Notes under the pieces: model-generated | The model's database searches: none | Seen by the model: only the letters and a program-made list of their open reading frames with translations | Told to the model about the DNA's origin: nothing | Program-made: the position numbers and the translations under genes | Part shown: positions 58,581-64,000 of the stretch, in pieces | Layout: every line of letters begins with the position of its first letter | How positions within the stretch are numbered: the first letter of the stretch is position 1 | From: Gemmatimonadales bacterium | GTDB lineage: Bacteria; Gemmatimonadota; Gemmatimonadetes; Gemmatimonadales; GWC2-71-9 | NCBI GenBank assembly: GCA_036501385.1 | Contig: DASYAK010000055.1 | Coordinates: 6,032-70,031 of the forward strand | Length of the DNA: 64,000 nt | Direction of reading: 5' to 3'

Positions 58581-59546
58581 CTATTTCCGGCGCCGCCGCT
58601 TCGCCCCGGTGATGCCAATCAAGCCGAGACCGAGCATCATCATCGCCGACGGCTCCGGCGCGAGGTCGACATCGCCGCTTTCCGGACTGCTGACCCCGTC
58701 GGCGTCGAACGAGAGATCGTTGGCGGAGAAGTTCTGGTCCGTCGAAAAATCTGCCACCGAGCCCGCCGGCATCCCGATATCCGATGCGAATTCGGGGAAG
58801 AACTCGCCTGATGGCGGGCCGAAACTGGAACCGAGGAACGAGTTGTTGGATCCCCCGTCGCCGGCGCCGCCTTGTCCATCGCCGAGCCCCGGCCCGTCGC
58901 CGTTCCCTTGATCGTCTCCGGCATTACCGGTGTTCTCGAGCACCGCGCGGTGTCCGGCCAGGTTGATCGAAATCCCGGGATTCACCTGACCGGCGAATAC
59001 CGTCTGCCCGTCGCCGTTCGTCGCGCCGTAGCGGGTGAAGTCCGAAGAGACTCCGCTCCCGCCACCGTGCGGCGACCCTGGTAGCGCACCGCCGACGTAG
59101 CCTCCGCCGCCGTTTGTCCAGCCGGTGGTTCCGCTCGTACTGCCGGAACCCGACCGACCCGAGCCAGCCAGAATCATCGGGAGGCCGGCGAGATACCACC
59201 GCGAACCGTCGGCGCCGAATTCATCCTGCAGCGTTGATGCCGCCACGACCGACGGTGGTAGCGTTCCATCGACCGCGTTGATCAGTGGCAGCGGTGTCTG
59301 AGCGCGCGCCGGGGTCGTGCCCTGGAGCGCATCGAGCAGACTTGCGCCGCCCGGGTCGCTCCAGCTGAGCGCATACGGGATCAATACCACGGGCTTCAGA
59401 TCGGTCTTGGGGAGGACCCGCGCAATGGCAAACTTGGTGTTCTGTGCAAGGGGGACCGCATGGTTGCACCCGGTGAGTGCGGCGAGAAGGGCGGCGACGC
59501 TTGCGGCCGCTGCCCTGTCGAGTCCGGAGTTGAGGCGTGGTGTCAT
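58581..59546 (-). CDS. PEP-CTERM sorting domain-containing protein with a lipobox-like signal and a Gly/Asp-rich core
   Basis: The C-terminus is APEPSAMMMLGLGLIGITGAKRRRRK. The N-terminus is MTPRLNSGLDRAAAASVAALLAALTGC. ATG at 59546 (an alternative ATG lies at 59585). Confidence 0.75.
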   Translation of the reverse strand: MTPRLNSGLDRAAAASVAALLAALTGCNHAVPLAQNTKFAIARVLPKTDLKPVVLIPYALSWSDPGGASLLDALQGTTPARAQTPLPLINAVDGTLPPSVVAASTLQDEFGADGSRWYLAGLPMILAGSGRSGSGSTSGTTGWTNGGGGYVGGALPGSPHGGGSGVSSDFTRYGATNGDGQTVFAGQVNPGISINLAGHRAVLENTGNAGDDQGNGDGPGLGDGQGGAGDGGSNNSFLGSSFGPPSGEFFPEFASDIGMPAGSVADFSTDQNFSANDLSFDADGVSSPESGDVDLAPEPSAMMMLGLGLIGITGAKRRRRK

Positions 59547-59654
59547 GAGGGCATACGACGAGCCGGGACCCGCCGCCGCACACATGAATCTCCAGACTCG
59601 ACAAGCTGTCTTCCTGCTTACATCGCCGGCACACCTCTCATGATCTTGGCATTA

Positions 59655-62600
59655 TCATCGGAGCGCAGTGCGATGGACCGTCGGGGCCGCCGCGGCGCAG
59701 AGGGGCATTGGCAGTGTCGGCCCGGCCGCAGCGATCGGCCGGAGATTGTTGCGCGTCAGGACGGCATTGAACGCGACGAGATCCTTCTCGTTGATCACCC
59801 TCCAGGCGGTGACTGCACTCCGCATGTCGGTGCAGACATTGACCCAGCCGAGACGCATCGGCTCGGTGGGCGCCATGTCACCGAAGTCGTTGGTCCGCAG
59901 CTGTCCGTTCATCGAGAAGAGCACTCCTTCGCCCCCCTCCTTGCCGTTGATTGCTGCAAAATTGGGAGCGGCTCCGCGGGCGAAGGCCGCGTTACCGCGC
60001 GTGTTGTCGACGATTCCCGGTGCGCCGCCGGCACGCGCCAGTGCGGTATCGAACCTGGCCGCGGCGGCGACGACGTCGGCGGGCGGATTGCCGTGCGTCA
60101 CACTGGCGACCGCCTGCCGCATCGCGTCGACTTGCAGGTACCCGTCCCAGGCCTCCCTGGCGCCGTTGTACAGCTTCATCTGCAGGTCGTGCTGCGCCTG
60201 GAGATCGGCCATTGTCGCCGGAGAACGCGGATCGTTCTTGACGGTCACGGTCTGGGAGTAACTCTTGCCGTCAACCGTGAGCTTGACTGTGTAGACGCCC
60301 GGTAGCGCGAGCGGACCTTCCGGGTGGTACACCGTCTCTCCAGGTGTCGCATTCAGGGTGTAATACGGGTCCATGCTGTGACTGAACGCGGGCGGATCGT
60401 CATACCGGAGATCCCAGTTGATCCGGTTGGTGCCCATCGCGGTCGGCATCGGCTCAGGAACCTTGAGCCAGTAGGGCGGAACCTGCGGCGCTGGATTCGT
60501 GTCCGCCGGAATCGGTGCGCTGGAGTAGTGCCGTACGACATTGCCCGCCGCGTCGAGAATCTGGAGCGTGATGTCGCTACCAGGCCTGGCCCCGAGATAG
60601 TAGTAGATGATGGCACCGGGCGGCGGATTCAATGCGTGCGGCACTTCCGGCGGGAACGGCGTGTCTTCGTTCATTTCGCGGCGCACCCTGACGGCATCGC
60701 CCGGCTTGAAGAGATGCGCCGGTTCGGCCGCGATCGTCGGCGTGATCTGCCGGAGCGGCGAAATGTCATCGAGAATCCAGATGCTGCGGCCGTAGGTGGC
60801 GACGATGAGATCGTTGTCCTTGACGACGATGTCGCGATACGACGTGTTCGGCAGATTCAACATCAACGACTGCCAGCTGTCGCCGTCGTCGAACGAAACA
60901 TACATCGAGCTCTCGGTGCCCGCGTACAGCAAGCCCGCCTTTTTCGGGTCGGCACGAATCACATGAGCGTAGCTGCCGCTGATCTGATCGGTGCGCATGC
61001 CGTTGACGATCTTCGTCCAGGTCTTGCCATAGTCGTGCGTGCGATAGAACGACGGACCCGATTCGCCGGCGGCCCGGAGTGCGACATACATCGTGGCGGC
61101 ATCGAGATGTGACGCGTCGAGCGACGAGATCGAGCCGCGCACGTCGGGAATCGAGACGTCCTGCCAGGTCGTACCGTGATCGCGGGTCACCCAGATCAGG
61201 CCGTTGCTCGTGCCGGCCCAGATGAGTCCCGGTGCCGCGGGCGACGAGCTGATGACGTTGAGCGTGCCGCCGCCTGCCGCTGCACCGCCACGCCCGCCCG
61301 CTGCTCCGCGTCCCTGCGGCGCAGTCGCGCCTCCTTTGGCAACGCCGAGGTCGGGAGAGACTTTTCGCCAATGCATCCCGCCATCGGTGGTTGACATCAC
61401 GTACTGAAATCCGGCGAACAACTCATGCGGATTGGTGGCGTTGAAGACCAGCGGGTTTTCGTTGTTCCAGCGCAAGTCGAGTGCCGTGTCGACGTTGGGG
61501 GACACGTTGATCCACTGCCCGCTGGGATAGGTGATCTTCATGATGCCGGCGGTCAGGTTGGTCGCGTAGATGATCTTCGGATTGAGCGGATCGGACACGA
61601 TCGGTCCGCGCTCGTTGCCGGGATTGGGCGACCAGTCGAGCGGCGTGATCTCGCCGAGATCACCACGCGCTTTGGTCGCAAAGGCACAGGCGTCCTGCTG
61701 CGTGCCGTAGATCCAGTACGGCCACTGGTTGTCGACCGAAATGTGGTAAATCTGCGCCGTCGGCTGGTTGTACCAGAGACTCCAGTTGTCGCCGCCGTCC
61801 TGCGACACCGTGCCGCCCTGGTCGAGCCCCATGAACATCCGCTTGCCGTCCGTCGGATCGTTCCAGAACACCTGCGGATCGTCGCCGCCCGGGGCGCCCT
61901 TCCACCCAGTGAAGGTGTTGCCGCCGTCGGTCGAGATGAAGGCCGCCGTGGCGATGGTATACACGATGTCGGGATTGTTGCTGTTGACCCAGACGCCTGA
62001 CGTATAGTTGCCCTGCCCGTTGGCGATACGGGCATCGTTGGCGGCGCTCCGCTCCGGCCCACCGGCGCGGACATCGCGCTCGGCCATGCGGCGCCACGAA
62101 TTCCCGCCGTCATCCGATCGATAGAGTCCGAAAGCGCCGATCAGGAACATCCGTTGTGCGTTGGTGTGCATGGCAACCGCGACACTCACCCGTCCCGTCA
62201 GCGTCGGCAATCCGTTGCCGGAAATCTCCTTCCAGGTGACGCCTTCATCAGTTGACTTGTAGAGATTAGTGCCGGTTCCGCTGGTCGCGCCACCAGCCGC
62301 GCCACCGCCGCGCCCGCCACGTCCTCGTCCGCCGCCCGGGGCCGCCGCACCGCCGGCCGCTGCCGGTTGGCCCGCAGCCGCCGCGGTACCACCGGCGCCG
62401 CCAAATCCGCCGCGCCCGCCACCGCGACGAATCGTCGTCGCGAGGATCACCTCGGGGTGATCGAACGCCCAGGCGAGATCCTGCGCGCCGGTCGTGCTGT
62501 CGATGTAGAGCGTCTTGCTCCAGTTCTTGCCGCCGTCGGTGGTGCGGAACACGCCGCGATTGCCATCGGCGCTGCGAGCGCTTCCCAGTGCCGCCATCAG

Positions 62601-63071
62601 CACGACGTCGGGATTCTTGGGATCGACCAGCATCAACGGAATCGCGCGAGTCTGGTCCATGCCGAGATGCTGCCAGGTCTTGCCGGCATTGGTCGACTTG
62701 TACACGCCGTCACCCTCATTGACGCCGCCGGTTCCCACGTACACGATGTTGGGATCGGACGGCGCCACTTCGACCGACCCGATCGACGACACGTCCTTGA
62801 TGTCGTCGAAGACCGGGAACCATGTGACTCCGGCACTCGTCGTCTTCCACAGGCCGCCAATCGGCAATCCCATGTAATACACGCCCGGCTGTCCGATCGC
62901 TCCGGTGACGGCACTCACGCGTCCGGCGCGGAACGGCCCGATGTTCCGCCACACCAGGCCGCGATAGAGGTCGGGCGTCACTGGCGTCCGGCGTGCGAAG
63001 CCAGCGAACACTCCAATTTGCAACAGGGCGAGTCCGGCGATCCAGCGGGACGAGAACATGCGTGCCAGCAT
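59655..63071 (-). CDS. Large BNR/sortilin (VPS10)-like beta-propeller repeat protein, secreted
   Basis: Repeated S.DGG.tW motifs (KSTNAGKTWQ, RTTDGGKNWS, KSTDEGVTWK, RSDDGGNSWR, STDGGNTF, TTDGGMHWR, THDYGKTWT, SFDDGDSWQ). The ATG at 63071 was verified. Confidence 0.85.
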   Translation of the reverse strand: MLARMFSSRWIAGLALLQIGVFAGFARRTPVTPDLYRGLVWRNIGPFRAGRVSAVTGAIGQPGVYYMGLPIGGLWKTTSAGVTWFPVFDDIKDVSSIGSVEVAPSDPNIVYVGTGGVNEGDGVYKSTNAGKTWQHLGMDQTRAIPLMLVDPKNPDVVLMAALGSARSADGNRGVFRTTDGGKNWSKTLYIDSTTGAQDLAWAFDHPEVILATTIRRGGGRGGFGGAGGTAAAAGQPAAAGGAAAPGGGRGRGGRGGGAAGGATSGTGTNLYKSTDEGVTWKEISGNGLPTLTGRVSVAVAMHTNAQRMFLIGAFGLYRSDDGGNSWRRMAERDVRAGGPERSAANDARIANGQGNYTSGVWVNSNNPDIVYTIATAAFISTDGGNTFTGWKGAPGGDDPQVFWNDPTDGKRMFMGLDQGGTVSQDGGDNWSLWYNQPTAQIYHISVDNQWPYWIYGTQQDACAFATKARGDLGEITPLDWSPNPGNERGPIVSDPLNPKIIYATNLTAGIMKITYPSGQWINVSPNVDTALDLRWNNENPLVFNATNPHELFAGFQYVMSTTDGGMHWRKVSPDLGVAKGGATAPQGRGAAGGRGGAAAGGGTLNVISSSPAAPGLIWAGTSNGLIWVTRDHGTTWQDVSIPDVRGSISSLDASHLDAATMYVALRAAGESGPSFYRTHDYGKTWTKIVNGMRTDQISGSYAHVIRADPKKAGLLYAGTESSMYVSFDDGDSWQSLMLNLPNTSYRDIVVKDNDLIVATYGRSIWILDDISPLRQITPTIAAEPAHLFKPGDAVRVRREMNEDTPFPPEVPHALNPPPGAIIYYYLGARPGSDITLQILDAAGNVVRHYSSAPIPADTNPAPQVPPYWLKVPEPMPTAMGTNRINWDLRYDDPPAFSHSMDPYYTLNATPGETVYHPEGPLALPGVYTVKLTVDGKSYSQTVTVKNDPRSPATMADLQAQHDLQMKLYNGAREAWDGYLQVDAMRQAVASVTHGNPPADVVAAAARFDTALARAGGAPGIVDNTRGNAAFARGAAPNFAAINGKEGGEGVLFSMNGQLRTNDFGDMAPTEPMRLGWVNVCTDMRSAVTAWRVINEKDLVAFNAVLTRNNLRPIAAAGPTLPMPLCAAAAPTVHRTALR

Positions 63072-63133
63072 GACGGGTATCCTTCGGCGTTGTAGAGGAG
63101 GCGACGAAGAATAGAACCGTTTTCGATTAATGC

Positions 63134-64000
63134 CTACCCTCGCAGCGTCACCGCCGGATCGACCTGACCCGCGCGCCATGCCGGAATCGCTGACGCCGCC
63201 ATGGTAACCGCAGCCACCAGGAACGACGCCCCGGCAAACGTGAGAACGTCGTTGCGCGCGACACCGAAGAGAAGTGTCCGAAGTATCTGGCTCACGGCGG
63301 CGCCACCGGCGAGGCCGATCACGACTCCTGCGCCGGCGAGCGCCATCCCCTGGCGAAGGACCAGCAGGACGATGCTGCCGCGCGTGGCGCCGAGGGCGGT
63401 GCGCACGCCGAGTTCGCTCAACCGTTCGGTGACACTCCCCGACACGAGACCGAAGATGCCAATCGCTGCGAGCGCGAGTGCGGCAAAGCCGAACGCACTG
63501 AACACGGTGAGCACGAAGTGCCGCTGCGCTTCGGATCGATCGAGCAGTTCTTCCATCGTCGCCACGCGAATGATCGGCTGGTTGCGATCGACCGACCAGA
63601 TGGCGCGCTCGATCGCAGGCGCGAGGGCAGCCGGATCGCCGGTGGTGCGTACGACGAGCGACTGGACGTTGTCGACCCACGGCCACAGTCCGGTGGCCAC
63701 GTAGAACGCCGCCGATGCATCGTCGGCGAGCGACGATTGCTTGACGTCGCCGACGACGCCGACGATCACGCCCCAGGCGCGGCTGGTGTCGCCGATTTCG
63801 GGCCCGGCGCGCATCCGCTGCCCAATGGGATCGCGCCCACCGAATTCGTTTCGTGCCATAGCCGCGCTGATCACGATCGCCTCCGCCGCACCGGGGCGAT
63901 CGTATTCCTCGAGCGTGCGACCGTGCAGGAGCGGAATCTTCATGGTGCGAAACCACGACGGGGAAACGACATATCGCAGCGCGTTGTGGCCGGCGTTGGG
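63134..64000 (-). CDS. ADOP/FtsX-type permease, C-terminal part only. The gene continues beyond the window end
   Basis: The frame stays open up to nt 64000 (..NAGHNALRYVVSPSWFRTMKIPLLHGRTL). FtsX helices are present. The protein ends PAWRAGQVDPAVTLRG. Confidence 0.85.
   Translation of the reverse strand, partial: PNAGHNALRYVVSPSWFRTMKIPLLHGRTLEEYDRPGAAEAIVISAAMARNEFGGRDPIGQRMRAGPEIGDTSRAWGVIVGVVGDVKQSSLADDASAAFYVATGLWPWVDNVQSLVVRTTGDPAALAPAIERAIWSVDRNQPIIRVATMEELLDRSEAQRHFVLTVFSAFGFAALALAAIGIFGLVSGSVTERLSELGVRTALGATRGSIVLLVLRQGMALAGAGVVIGLAGGAAVSQILRTLLFGVARNDVLTFAGASFLVAAVTMAASAIPAWRAGQVDPAVTLRG

Noticed and set aside
63072-63956. A 295-codon N-terminal extension of the BNR protein ORF (59655-63956).
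   Set aside because: It is Arg-rich and overlaps the C-terminal half of an ADOP permease that is clearly coding in another frame. The signal-anchor-like N-terminus MLARMFSSRWIAGLALLQIG starts at 63071.

Overview
High-G+C bacterial chromosomal segment, coded densely on both strands. I saw no rRNA, tRNA, CRISPR, IS, integrase or prophage signatures. The gene content suggests Gemmatimonadota or Acidobacteriota, which is inference only.

Main contents:
- Seven ADOP-type duplicated FtsX permease genes: one frameshifted, one cut by the window end. Five are coupled to small PadR regulators. There is also one single-module MacB-type permease. No ABC ATPase was seen in the window.
- A complete PaoABC-type molybdenum aldehyde oxidoreductase cluster on the minus strand: XdhC-like factor, MocA-like cytidylyltransferase, 2Fe-2S, FAD and Moco subunits. 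An AhpC/TSA-like domain is fused in frame ahead of the Tat-signal 2Fe-2S subunit.
- An OmpR-type two-component system followed by YncE-like and PepSY genes.
- Secreted peptidases of the M14-like, S15, S9A and M1 families.
- A Ser/Thr kinase with a TPR tail, next to a paralogous pseudokinase and a polytopic membrane protein.
- A UdgX-like family-4 UDG, a CHAD protein, an ankyrin protein, a PEBP protein, two PEP-CTERM proteins and a large BNR/sortilin-like propeller.

Non-coding observations:
- Two copies of a ~100-nt imperfect palindromic element in convergent intergenic regions.
- A 143-nt polypurine tract.
- Distinct inverted repeats upstream of three PadR genes, one of them interlocked with a near-consensus sigma70 promoter.
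- Duplicated terminator hairpins after the two PEP-CTERM genes.
- A low-G+C gene island.
- Two frameshifted genes, a 1-Cys peroxiredoxin and an ADOP permease.

I found no clear-cut known defence or mobile system. The most promising poorly understood module is the repeated PadR plus prefix-domain ADOP permease unit.
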